From positions 116,996-136,995 of the forward strand of contig KZ538279.1 of NCBI GenBank assembly GCA_000934665.2: 20,000 nucleotides of DNA, in the 5' to 3' direction. The translations under genes and the position numbers were made by a program. This DNA is from Catajapyx aquilonaris (taxonomy: Eukaryota). Numbering within the stretch: the first letter of the stretch is position 1; each line of letters opens with the position of its first letter. This document shows positions 1-11,395 of this stretch, in pieces. The notes beneath the pieces are model-generated. The model was not told where the DNA came from. It saw nothing but the letters and a program-made list of their open reading frames with translations, and did not search any database.

Positions 1-1264
1 TTGCATGCTTAATGCCGTTCACGTGGGGATTGTCCCTAACCTCCCGTCTCCAACATGTTTTCGGTCATATTTGGCTAGAGGCTGGTGTCGAAATCTTGTT
101 ACATCCCCCCCCCCCTCCATCACCCCCGAATTATTGTGCTAAAATCCGTGTGGCAATGCAAATTTCATTGCCGCGGCATACACACAACCGAATTACTAGG
201 ATAGGTTATTTTTTAAATGTTTTATAAACAGAATGGAAGTCGAGGCAATGTATTGTGGAATGGTAACACTCGACAATGCTACGCGTCATGTAATACGAGA
301 AAGACACAAAAAAAAATGATATAGCCTATCTTAGACCATAGGCTGTGAAATACAGATGTTCCTTATAATTCTACAGAGGTGTCGTACTTTTTCTGTACCC
401 TGGCATCCTCATTTGAAGTTCCAGGGGTAGGTCATGTACAGGTTCTATTTTGGCGATGGTGAAGCACTTGACCATGGGCACGGCCTCGATCCATGCACGG
501 GCCCTGCAAGTTCCCAGGTAACGATGCAAGGCTTCCGCAACGCAATGCTTCAGGAACTCACGTAAGCTACCACTTATTGATCACTTTCCTACATTGGAAG
601 GGGATGGTTGGGAAGTGGAAAGGGAGGTGGGAGGAGAAGAAGGAAGAAGAAAAAAAAAAGAACTTGGGAAGAAACTTTGGAGATATTGGCTTCAAAAGGG
701 GTTTAGGCAAGGCAATTTTTTGTTTCCGTCTTCAGGCTTGGAATAGTAGGATACGACGATAATAATGTTTAAACATCCCAGAATATACTGTCCATCCATA
801 GGAGAGGGGCTGACCTGGTGTATGGCCGGCCACATAATGATTACAATTTTAATCCACATACACAAATTGTACACGTATAAGTGTTTGAACAGCTGAGATA
901 TTTACAAATAACAATGACTTAAAATAATGCCAAAATGTGGGGGTAGAATTCACTATAAAGTGTATATGGAAATGTCAATGAAGGAAGAAATGTAATAAAA
1001 AAACCTTTATATATAGTTTTGTCATCAAAGGTCATACCTATACAAGCAGGTACATGTTTTCCAAGCTAAAAGCTTTGTAGATTGAGAATAGAACCACTTA
1101 ACGTGAGGGAATAAAACTTCCAATATCTTATTGAAATGAAGACTTGAAATTCAGATTGATCAGTCACATTTTAGCCTAAATTTAGTAAGGTTTTACGTTA
1201 TGTAATCCTTGTTGATTACTTTTGAAGGCTAAGTCATATTTATGAGAGATTATATTTAATAATT

Positions 1265-1838
1265 GAAGCAGCGAGAACCAGAAGTTGCTAAGTCCATTTT
1301 TGGCGACTTTGAGATAAGGGCAAATTCTAGGCCTCTATCAGGCATATTTTCACTGATAGAAAAATGTTTTATACGAGCCAGATGATTACAAGTCCTCTTT
1401 TCAGACCAGGATGCTCTTAGCACTGAAGAGAAATTTCGTGCCAGATGTTGATAAGTCCAAAAAAGGTCTTCATAAAAATGTATTTAGAATTATTGTCATC
1501 ACATTCAGGCCTAATAAAGGGACTAAAATTAATTTAGGAGATATCATTTCCCTGAATTTCCTCATTTAAGTGGTTAAAAATTTAAATTTAAAATTTCTAC
1601 AAGCCAGAAGTTGCTAAGTCCAAGACAGAAATTATAATTTTTCTCCTGCAGTGTAGGCACTAGATACTCAATATTTACATTACATTAACTTACAATAGTA
1701 GTGATACCACAGAAAAATTACCGAGACTCTATAATGTCAACGAAAGGTACAGTACGTCAAACATTATTTGAAATTTTCAAACTGCTCTCCGTAAAAATGG
1801 CAAAAATGGACTTAACAACTTCTGGTTCTCACTGCTTC
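1265..1838. mobile_element. Non-autonomous DNA transposon (MITE), Sola1-like
   Basis: 38-bp TIRs (1265-1302 GAAGCAGCGAGAACCAGAAGTTGCTAAGTCCATTTTTG vs reverse complement of 1801-1838, 2 mismatches), flanked by AATT at 1261-1264 and 1839-1842. An AWWT 4-bp TSD is characteristic of Sola1. Internal copies of the TIR core occur at 1378-1395, 1441-1458 and 1604-1622. Confidence 0.85.
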
Positions 1839-1980
1839 AATTATAGTATAATCTGTCAGAAATATTTGAATAAAAAGTATCTAATAAACGATACAGAAAT
1901 CTTCAAACTTCAAACCCTCCTGCCTTGAAATCATTTCAGTGTGAGTCTGATCATTCTGCAGATTGAGTTTTCAAATTTAT

Positions 1981-2335
1981 ATAGTGTTGAATCATTCTGG
2001 ATATAGCAGACTTCAAGGGACCGCGACAAAAGTATGTTATAATCGAGGTTTGTTATAGCCAAATCGCCACTTATGCAACGAATACCGTCACGAAGTTTTC
2101 TGTTTTCCACATGCTTATAATGCACACTACTGCATATTGACTAATGAAATCCACCCAAAATGCAATATTAGCTATACTAAAAATTATGCAGGACCAAAAA
2201 AATCCGCAATTTTCTTCTGTCGTCTCCATTTTTCCAATTATATACCAGAAAAAGCATAATTATTTTCCCTTCAAGGGGCCAAGAAATGGTCTGTTATACC
2301 CGAGGTGAGGTTAAAATGAGAGAGTAGACCATCTT
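1981..2335. mobile_element. Degenerate Tigger/pogo-like MITE remnant (boundaries approximate)
   Basis: Direct repeat CTTCAAGGG(A/G)CC...GTTATA..CGAGG at 2011-2048 and 2269-2305. Repeated GTTATA motifs resemble Tigger-type subterminal repeats. The termini are eroded. Confidence 0.5.
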
Positions 2336-4024
2336 TCCCTATCCTCCCACTCAAGTCCACTATGCACACCCATTCTACCTTCCATATTATTTTTCTACCT
2401 TTCCTCTAGAGACCCACCCACTTCGGATCCACTTGCAAGGTAAGCAAACGGAACAATAGTCGAATTGCAGACTTCTTATCTCATCCGTCTTACAAGGCTC
2501 TAAGGGTGCCTCTGAGAATGGTCAAAATTTGACATCAACAACACATCCCAAATATCCCCACGACACCTGGTCACTGGAAGAAAAACAACCAAAAAGGTCA
2601 TCCTCAGATTTCAGCTTTTCCCACAGCTCTCTTTTGAAAAACTTGTCGCCATCTTTGAACCAACTTATAACAAAACACTCCAACTGTCCGCCAGAGATGA
2701 AGACAAGTAACTCGCACCCTTAGATCTAAATTGGAAGAATCTGCTCTCTTTTTGGGGGCGTTAATGGGCCAACCCATTTGTCATAGGTTGTCAAGTGGTG
2801 AGTAGAGCGGTCCTTCCCTCTCCTAACCCCTCTTTTACCTCTTCCGTACCAATTAGCAACAAAGCGCGGACAAAGTCCTGGAGGTCCTGAGGGAGACAAC
2901 TGGAATCAGGCAAATCACAGCTGGCCACCAAAAGGTGACAGGAGACTTGTACAAGATGGAGTACTTCCCTACTCCCTTCACTGCTCATTTGCATCCAAGG
3001 TGCACTTTCCTACAATGGAACAGACGGACACGATTGTGACCCGATACACGTGCATTCATCCGACATCGTCGAACGGACCTGTCTCGTGCTCGTCTCGGTC
3101 TAATTACCTGTTCCGCAATCCTGCCAGGGCCGAAAAGTCATTTTAAAGGGTATTAGTCATTTGTGGTGTACACTGCAGGATCGCCTTGCACGCAAACTGA
3201 TTTCTCCGAAACAATCAAGTCCATCGATAAAGTAAGGGCGCAACAGTGGGGGGAAGCTATAGGGAGAGGTGGTGGGGAGATTATCCCCTTATACCTATAA
3301 TATCCAATGCTGTGAAACAAAGATATCACTTTTGTTAACCCCCTTTTTTTCACCTTTTTTCCACCACCGTGGCATGCATGCTTTTTTTTCCAGAATGCTG
3401 CACGAAAGAAATCAGTGCGGGCAGTCAAGGTTCAAATGTAATCAGTGTACGAGCCTGATGGTAGCATAGGTTTCTCGCTATTTGATGCCAATTTGATCGC
3501 GATGCACGTGTGATTCCATGCTTGTAAGCTCTCTGTCGCGTGAATATGTCCAGATACAAGTGCGCAGGATATTTTTGCATGCGTGTCCCTAAAATACCAT
3601 TTATCAAATTATGGCATCTCCGGTCCTCAGCCTTCATCCTGAATTGCTGCAATTGCATGAAGTCGTCACGCGTTCCGTCTAATTCCAACGGCACAAACCT
3701 TACCTAACCCACACTTGGGCTGAGTAAGCCCGCGTAACGAAATCCCATCCATTCTCATCCATCATCCAGAGGTATGAAACCCCTTGTCATCACTGCAGAT
3801 TCATTTGCAAAGGACTATATTAATCAAAACCGCCAAGATTGTTTCCAGGAATGTTGCTTGTTAAGACACTTCGAAAAGATGCTGACGTCGTCATGTGATA
3901 GTGCGGAATGTATAGCACAGTTTGAATGCTATAAAGCTGATTTTTATGAGACATCGTGGACATGTTGCGAAGTTAACGATGTTGTGATGTGACAAAACTG
4001 AACATTCATTATTATGAAAGTAGT

Positions 4025-4200
4025 GTGACGTCCCATCAACCATCACTAGAGGGAGGAAGTGGCGCATGCGCAAGAATCTAGAGGGAGCTATGTGTAAAGT
4101 CAGTCGTGTCTGGCCAGAGTAGCAGGGCGGTCTAATAAACGGTTGCTCCGTACTCATTGTATCATTGGATCAGAGGGATGACCTGAGGAGGTCAACTCTC
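4025..4200 (+). mobile_element. Possible LTR fragment (solo-LTR-like)
   Basis: TGTGACG start, GC-rich block, and AATAAA at 4134-4139 followed by a U5-like stretch. No matching terminal IR, TSD or PBS was found. Confidence 0.25.
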
Positions 4201-4206
4201 AGAGTA

Positions 4207-4351
4207 CACTCTTAACCATTTACCTTCTCTAGAGAGGGTAAGAAAGTGGCAATTTTTTACCTTACATTGTAGGGTAAATATTCTTGGGTAAATTGATTCT
4301 AAGGTAAATTTTGCATGTATTACCTTAGAAAATAGAGGGTAAAAAAGAGTG
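4207..4351. mobile_element. Short MITE with CACT termini, EnSpm/CMC-like
   Basis: TA|CACTCTT (4205-4213) ... AAGAGTG|TA (4345-4353). About 8 subterminal TTACCT / GGTAA motifs occur in both orientations. Confidence 0.65.
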
Positions 4352-5368
4352 TAGGCAGAAGACAAACGACTTGTACCTGAAAACTACCAGTCAGCCTCCC
4401 ACATATGATTTAGTGTAAACAATAGTGTGCTGTCAGCTATGCATCCCCTGAAGAATGATAGTACAAAAGGGGTATAATAACTAACTAAATAAATATTAAT
4501 TTCTTAATATCTGTTTCTGATAATATTTACAACCTACAATATTTTATAGAAATTATTTATGTACATGATTACAAGCGTGGAAATGACAGCAGCAATGAAC
4601 TCTTCTGAAAGTGTAGGTACCTTCTGAGAGTTAGAAGCAATATTTTGGCTATGCACGTTATATTTGGAAAGGTTTGCCGAGTTCTTGAGAAAAAAGGGTT
4701 ACCTAAATCGGGGTCAGGTTACATTGATCACATGCGAGCCAGCAGGGGTTCATCCCCGTGCTTGGGGTAGGCGTTTCTTGTAAGGTCAGCTTGCATGAGC
4801 AACTTACCCCCCTCTGAAAGGCCGCCATCAAGGGAACAGAAGCGACGTCTGCTGGCGGAAGTTTCAAACTGTACCGAGCAATATTTTCCGGCATGCATTA
4901 TTTTTCCGCGCCCCCTACTCAACAAGCATAGCACAAAATCCTTGAAAAGCGTTGCCCTTTTCGAAAAAAGCAACAACCCCCCGCCTTCCTTTCCTCCTCA
5001 TTCAAAACGCTAGCTTTCGTGCTTATTGATTGGCTTCTTATGTAATGAAGTTTGCGTGCTGGTTCCAGGCGAGATTTGCGATTCGGGGGGTTTTGAATGC
5101 GGCCCACATGCGAACCGCAAGCTTTCAGACGGCTACTAACGGGGGGAGGGAGTGGGGAGAGGCAGGGGGATGGGGAATTACTCTGCTCTTTGTCGTTGAC
5201 TTCGGACTTTAATGTGGCTTTTGGTTCCTAGTGCATTTCACTAGTAACGTCCGTGGTCACGTCAGACTTTTCTGGGTGATTTTACTACATACTGGTATCT
5301 CATGTGGGACAAATGATCCCTAATAGGTTCAAAATTTTTCCAGAGGAGGGGCACAACGAATATGCTAC

Positions 5369-5758
5369 CGTTACCAGGAATTTGTTCATTCGGACACTCC
5401 CGGGAGCGAGGACTTTGCCATAAAAGTGCTCATAACTTCCGTGTATACAAACATATTCAGTTAATTAAAAACATGTCCCGAGGTGTATATCAGATGTATA
5501 GTTTACAAGAATAAAATCAGAAAAATATGTAATATTTGTGGAGATATTTTATTCGAATCATTCTTATGGACAATTACATGGGGTAATGTGATTTAATTTT
5601 TTAACTTGAAGTAATAGTCGGAAAAGAAAAAGAAAAAGAAGGTACCGAGGTGTATATCAGAGGTATAGTTTACATAAATAAAGCCAGAAAATATGTAATA
5701 ATTGAGGAGATATTTTATTCCATCCGGCCGCGCCCGACCGGACAAATTCCTGGTAACG
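5369..5758. mobile_element. DNA-transposon remnant with inverted repeats and internal tandem duplication
   Basis: IR 5369-5393 (CGTTACCAGGAATTTGTTCATTCGG) vs 5734-5758, 22/25 matches with the first 17 perfect. A ~76-bp internal direct repeat lies at 5478-5554 and 5645-5720. True ends and TSD are not resolved. Confidence 0.65.
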
Positions 5759-6051
5759 AAAAATCTTCGCTGATTGAAGTGACAGGGTACGTTTTCGTCT
5801 TTTACATAGCCTGTGTCTTGTGTCAACAAAACTCCGGCACCATCGAGGCCTACAGACATGCTCCTAACCTTCCATCAACCCCTGTCATGGCCAGGTACCC
5901 ACGTCCAAGCCGTTGAAGATGTGGCATTTGGAAGGTACACGAGGTCAAGGCTGTCCTCTAAATCTTCAGCTCATCCCGAAGTGTCATCTCAGTTTGTACG
6001 ACACCCTCCCGAACTGTTCTTTTGTTCTGTCACCCCCTTTTTCTGCAATGA

Positions 6052-6330
6052 GTGGTAGTGAAATGGAGACCACGAAGGAACAACAAGGCACCTACATGAG
6101 AAGGGGGCCGTCATGTAAGCAGCCACCAAAGTGTTTCTTTCCATGTTCTCAGTTTCGGCCTACGTGTCATGCATTTTGTGAATCGGGTTGATATCAGGTA
6201 TTACTGGTTGCACACGACGCAAATTTTGGGCTCGTGTACCACCCTCGATCTGCGTCCCTTGCCATTCCTCCTCCCCTATTCCAGAAGTAATGATAGAGGT
6301 CGTTTTCCTTGTACCGGTAATGATCACCAG
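6052..6330 (-). pseudogene. Possible decayed piggyBac-type transposase C-terminal cysteine-rich domain
   Basis: Minus-strand motifs in the expected order: GDHY (6317-6328), PKICVVC (6210-6230), KETLWW (6123-6140, same frame as PKICVVC across one stop), VPC (6083-6091), YH (6052-6057). This resembles H-P..CxVC..RKETxxxC..PC(F)..YH but needs frameshifts. Confidence 0.3.
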
Positions 6331-7833
6331 GTACAGTGGTGGCAAGAGTCTGACCTATCAGGTAAGTTAAATATTTTCTCACGTGTTTCGGAAACCCCTT
6401 CGATACGTGATTGCAAGACTTGGAGAGCTCGAATGGCAGATCTACATTATTATTTTGGGCTAGATGCATGGGACTATTGCCAACCAATGTTACACCATCT
6501 TCGTACAATTGATGATTATTCTCACGAGGCGGCTCGTATAAACCATCACAGAAGCACGGCTCGTGTCACAGATGAAGACTAGGCATTTTGAGTCCGAAAA
6601 CTCTGTAAAATAAAGGCACGGAGTTTACTGAACTCATATAGTGGGCCTTACTAACTGAATAACTGACAGTCCATAAATTACATGTCACCTCTAGTTTGGT
6701 AAATCCAAATGACAGCTCTAGGAGAGACTGAATGAGTGTGCGACGTTACCCTATCGAAGGCCAACTTGATTTTTATTTCAATGTCAAGCAAAAATAGACA
6801 CTGCTATTTGTGTAGATCCGGCATATTTTCGATACTAAAATACTGACAGGACCTAGTTAGGTATCGGGCAAAATTCCCCCTCCTCACCATGTCTGGAAAT
6901 GGGCGTAAAACCCCCTCCAAAGAGGTGTCAGGGCAGCGTGACGTAATTTTAACGGGGGTTCACTCTAGTGTGACGAAAGCATAACATGGGGTGAAGGAGG
7001 AAAACGTCAAAACCATTCACTTACAAACATGAACTGCAACTTTTCAAAGGTAACTTTGTTGTCACACAGGCAATTAACATTAAGTGAGGGGTTATGATTG
7101 GTATAATTTAACTAGAAAATTAAACACTTCTCCCATTACACATTCGGAGACACCAACTTCTTGGGTATCAAGCAGCTCTCAAAAAGTGACCAGCTCGTGA
7201 CCACACGTGATATATGCTTGGAATACTGTTATAGTATAACCTTCCTTTCCACCCCCCCNNNNNNCCCCCCCCCCCCCCTCCCACTGCTGCCACCTTTCAT
7301 CGTCCGTGTTCCGGAGTGGATTTTGTTGTGTTTTCTTTTCGCGTTATTAAAGTTGTCATCTGGCACGATGTTTTTCCTCCTGGTGATAGCTAGGAGCATA
7401 TTTAAATGTTATTACGTTCATGGCTGTTCCTCCAGCCGCGATAATCATGATGGATCACTGGCGCGGAGAAGTTCACTGCATCCATCACAGGCCGGTCAGC
7501 CACTCGAAACACCACCCAAATACCACCAACACCTCTCCTTCCTCTTGTGCTCTTCTTACGCCTTTACCATACACGATCCTATATAGTTACATCCAGAGTC
7601 GTTGGGTTCAGTTGCGTGGACTCCATAATATTTTTTTTGTGACATTTTTTGTTGTTCCGGTGCACGAACAGGTTGATGTAATCGAGGCAACAATAATGGT
7701 GGAAGATTCTGCAGTTTAAACGGCTGTCAGAAGCGTTTCCTTGATGAATTTGACAATAAATGATGAAAATGCCTGGGCGGTTAGCAAACTTCGTCATGAA
7801 ACCGCTCTGGGACGCACTTATTCGCTATTCGAC

Positions 7834-8194
7834 ATTGGCGACACACCTGCCTGATTCCGCGATCGCAAAACCATATTCCAGAGTTAATTATGGAGAATAA
7901 ACCATTATTTTCTGATTGGCTTCCAAATAGGTACAGATGAAACGCTTGAATATTTGAATACCAGATGTAAAGATTGGTTATTGACATTAGCATAGTCATT
8001 GGCTCAAATCTGCCACCGTCATCAATCACAGCCTAACTTATGCATATGAGAATGTGCATTGCCCGTAACACCCCCCCACACGTTTAGGGTTTCGCCATAT
8101 CAGAATGATTTGGGTCACCCTCCTAACAGTCACTCCCCCCCTTCAACGGTTATTATGCCTTATTACAACTAATTACCCAAATTTCCCGCCAAAA
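7834..8194 (-). promoter_or_regulatory. Candidate promoter/enhancer: clustered CCAAT boxes plus overlapping E2F-like site
   Basis: Four co-oriented CCAAT boxes on the minus strand (ATTGG at 7834, 7915, 7973, 7998), octamer-like ATTAGCAT at 7986-7993, TGATTGAT (minus) at 8021-8028, and TTTCCCGCCAAAA at 8182-8194. Motif evidence only. Confidence 0.35.
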
Positions 8195-9499
8195 TAACAG
8201 GCGAAATATCACACGCCCCGGAGGTTTTATCTTATCGCCATGAAAACTTCAAATGGGTCGAATCGCGCTGAATTCGAATCGCGCTCCAACAAAGATTGAT
8301 GGATTCGATCGGTGAAAAAGTAAACAGGTTACACGAACGTAATTTCTGGCCTCTAAACAATATTTTCTTCCGTTCAGTAGGCCAGTTTCGATATCTGATT
8401 TTGGTCTACACACTCACCCAAAAGAAAAAGGTAACCTGAACAATATGCGGTTTAGGACCGGAAGCTTTTAATGTTTAAAAAAAAGGGCAGCTTTGGGTCG
8501 GGGTCTTGCTTGTGTCATCATATAACTTCTGCCGGTACCTTTGATCCTAGTTGCTCAGGACAAACCCTAGTGGAAATGCGAGAAAAAGGCATCTGTTTGT
8601 TCCACCGACGATTTGGGAAATCCTACCCTCCAGCTAAAATATTGACCCTAGAAACTTCAAATCCCTCCTATGCATAATGAAAATGGCACCGTCTCGTCTC
8701 TGATGTGGACCTGGCTATTGGAGAGCTGGAAACATACACCGAAAAAAAAAAATAATCCATTTTCATACATGACGTCAAACTCATCAGACAGGATCGATTT
8801 CTAGGGTGATGAGGGGTTGAACCAACGACAATGCTTACTTCCGTGTAATAATCCTGAACAGTCAGTTAACAATCAGCCTGAGCTTCGTTAACCCCCAAAT
8901 TATTAGCCTGGTCTACAAGAAATAGGCCGAATGGGAGCAAACTTTTGTTCGACCCCAAAGATTTTTGAGATTGCCTCCCAAACCCTCCCCTCCCCTCCCT
9001 ACTGGCGCCGGCTCACGCAACACCATGTAGCGCCCCCGCTATATCAGATCGTGCACGGAAGAGCCTCTCTGATCCCAACTTTTAGCATGAGACTTGCAGT
9101 TGGCTATTGATGAAAATCCGAGAGGAAATGCTGCGTGCTGCACCCGACACACAACTGGGGAATGGAACGTGCCCGCCCCAGTCTGTGTGGAAGATGGAGC
9201 CACCAGAGATTGTTACTGGTGGCGACATCTATAGTGGGTCATGTTGGTTCGATTCCAGGTGCCGGCACTACCGGTCATGCTGAATTGTTTTGTTATTATT
9301 TAAGTTTTGGCAATGTTAATGAACTATTGGGAGAGCCAAACTCTTATTTTTACAGAGTGTCCCAACTGAAATACCTGTTAAAGTTAGGGATTGGCACTGT
9401 GCTGCTTATTTTGAGAAGTTGCTTTAGTATAGGCCTTATACTTATGGATACCCGTGATATAGTCCAGGTGCTAAGGGACAAATATATTTGGCCCAAACT

Positions 9500-9677
9500 A
9501 ATAGGGTTTCTTGGGCCTTTTAGGGGAATTTTCTTTTAATTAACGGACTTTCGATGTGGCAGAGGTTGAGAACCGCTGCTCTAACCACATAAGTAACTTC
9601 GGTCCGACCCATAGGGATCGAACTCGGAACCTCAGATGTGGAAGCTGTGGCTCTAACCACTTCACCATCGCGCCACC
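9500..9677 (-). mobile_element. tRNA-derived SINE, internally deleted and diverged relative of the V-SINE at 11140
   Basis: Minus-strand A box TGGTGAAGTGG and B box AGTTCGATCCC. The ~98-nt head (9579-9677) aligns with 11144-11241. The tail (9510-9551) aligns with 11337-11376. Confidence 0.85.
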
Positions 9678-9721
9678 TGGCTGACAAACGTATTGGCTGA
9701 TAATATTGGGAAGAGAGGGGA

Positions 9722-10045
9722 GGCGGAGTGGTGCTGTGGTAACGCACGTGCCCACGGATGTTAAGGTCCCGGGTTCGATCCCAGCCCGGCAGCCCGGGGT
9801 TCCCCCCTTCATCTCGTGCACAGTTGGGCCATCTCTGGTTTCGTCTCGGGTGGAAATTTCCGCTAGACTAATCCACCCGGGGGAGTTCACAAAATGACCA
9901 GAATATGCGACATTGTACTTGGACTTTGCACATCCCCTCCTACTTACCCTTGGAACAATTAAATAATATCATATTATACGGTTCCAAAAATAGTGGTATT
10001 CCACTCCCCTAAAAAGGGCCCAAGGCCTGATAATGGGGTACTGTA
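9722..10045 (+). mobile_element. tRNA-derived SINE of a second family (different core, same 3' tail)
   Basis: A box TGGTGCTGTGG (9729-9739), B box GGTTCGATCCC (9772-9782), unrelated core, and tail TCCCCTAAAAAGGGCCCAAGG at 10005-10025. Confidence 0.7.
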
Positions 10046-11139
10046 AAAAAAGAAGGAAAGAACTGAATCATACATCCAAGTTTTTATTTGTAATATTTGT
10101 AATTCAGGGAATTATTTAATAAACCCTGCTACAAAAAATAATGATTGTTGGAAAGTAACTGCTTCTTGATAACCAGCTTATTGCTGAAATAACGTAAAAT
10201 TGGGCACTATAATAATACTTTTTACAGTTCGACTTTCGATTCCAATTTAGCCAAACATTCTCGATAATTCAATATTATGATCAATGCTACAGTATATTTT
10301 TTCTCCATCCGAATTAAAATCATTTTCATGGGAAATTTCAGATCACTGATTCTGACTATGGTTCGGCATACTTTAAAATAATATGCCTCGATAAATGTTC
10401 AAGTTGATTGGAAAACGTTCAACCCATTGGTTTCAATTGCTGCATCAAGAACTATTAAAGTGTTTCAAGTCCAATATTTAAAACAACCCCAGTGTAAAAA
10501 TTGGCTATAGAATACTGCAAGACAACAAAATAATATTTCGCAATTTCTTATAGTGCTATTACCGCCCAACCTATAGGTATTGTCATTGTGCAGGTCCAGC
10601 AGGTGTTTCACTTGATTAGAAGATTATCCAATTAATTTTACTCACAAAGGCTGTAGAATGCAAAGGAAGGTACTGCGCGTACTGTACACCCTCAAAGCCT
10701 TCACTATATGTGCGGAACAATTATTACAGTGGTGCACAGTGCTTTTCTTCTGATTAGTTCTAACAACGCCAACGATCCGATTTGGCGGCAAACTTCATTT
10801 CCTTCTGTAACAATATTGACCTGAGCGTTTTATAAATTGTGGTGGATGCGTGGACCAGGTGAGAAGCTGAATCTGCAGTGTTTACAAGACGCTTCTGAAA
10901 TGAACATTCATGAGTACTTGTCAACATCTCCAGCCCTCTCCATATATTAAGAGACTCTGCCTCTGGTTATCTTATCTGAATAATAAATCGTGCCCATGTG
11001 TAAAGTTGGTTTTGTACTTGAATTGGCATCATTAGTAGGAACTTGGCAGGCTTATTTTCCCACTGTTATCTTGACGTACTAATCACCTTCCTGAGTTTAC
11101 GTTCATTCAATATTTCAAGATTACATAGTGTAGAGGCCT

Positions 11140-11395
11140 GGGGGGCGACACGGTGGCCGAGTGGTTAGCGCCGCAGCCTTCCACCTCTAAGGTCCCGAGT
11201 TCGATCCCCGGGTCGGACGGAGGATATTTATGTGGATAGAGTTTCGATGGGTTCTCTCCGTGTTCGCGTGGGTTTTCTCGGGGTTCTCCCGTTTCCTCCC
11301 ACTATCAAAATCCATCACATTACAGGCAAATGATTAAAGTCGGATATTCAAAAGATGATCCCCTAAGAGGCCCAAGGGGCCTATCACGAGGTATC

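Noticed and set aside
1265..1622. CRISPR-like repeat-spacer array
   Set aside because: The repeats are degenerate, irregularly spaced and lie inside a TIR element in eukaryotic DNA. There are no cas genes.
2400..2710. GIY-YIG/Penelope endonuclease relic (HFGST...FEKLVAIFEPTYN)
   Set aside because: Only loose motif resemblance across stops and frameshifts, with no GIY/YIG motifs and no RT adjacent.
6940..7015. Harbinger-like subterminal fragment (GCGTGACGTAATTT...GTGTGACG)
   Set aside because: It resembles the 11689 element style but is too short and has no termini.
7252..7283. Poly-C tract with Ns (also N at 15618 and 16547)
   Set aside because: Assembly uncertainty at homopolymers. Lengths are unreliable and not interpretable biologically.
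9351..9460. Tc1-like MITE starting TACAGAGTGTCCCA
   Set aside because: No convincing right TIR.
10040..10228. ACTGTAAAAA / TTTTTACAGT inverted pair as an EnSpm-like MITE
   Set aside because: Only 10 bp of low-complexity match, lacking CAC termini and TSD. The left copy overlaps the SINE 3' end.
11144..11216. tRNA gene (also 9606-9677 and 9722-9790)
   Set aside because: No intact acceptor stem or cloverleaf and no T-run terminator. The sequence continues into SINE core and tail, so these are SINE heads.
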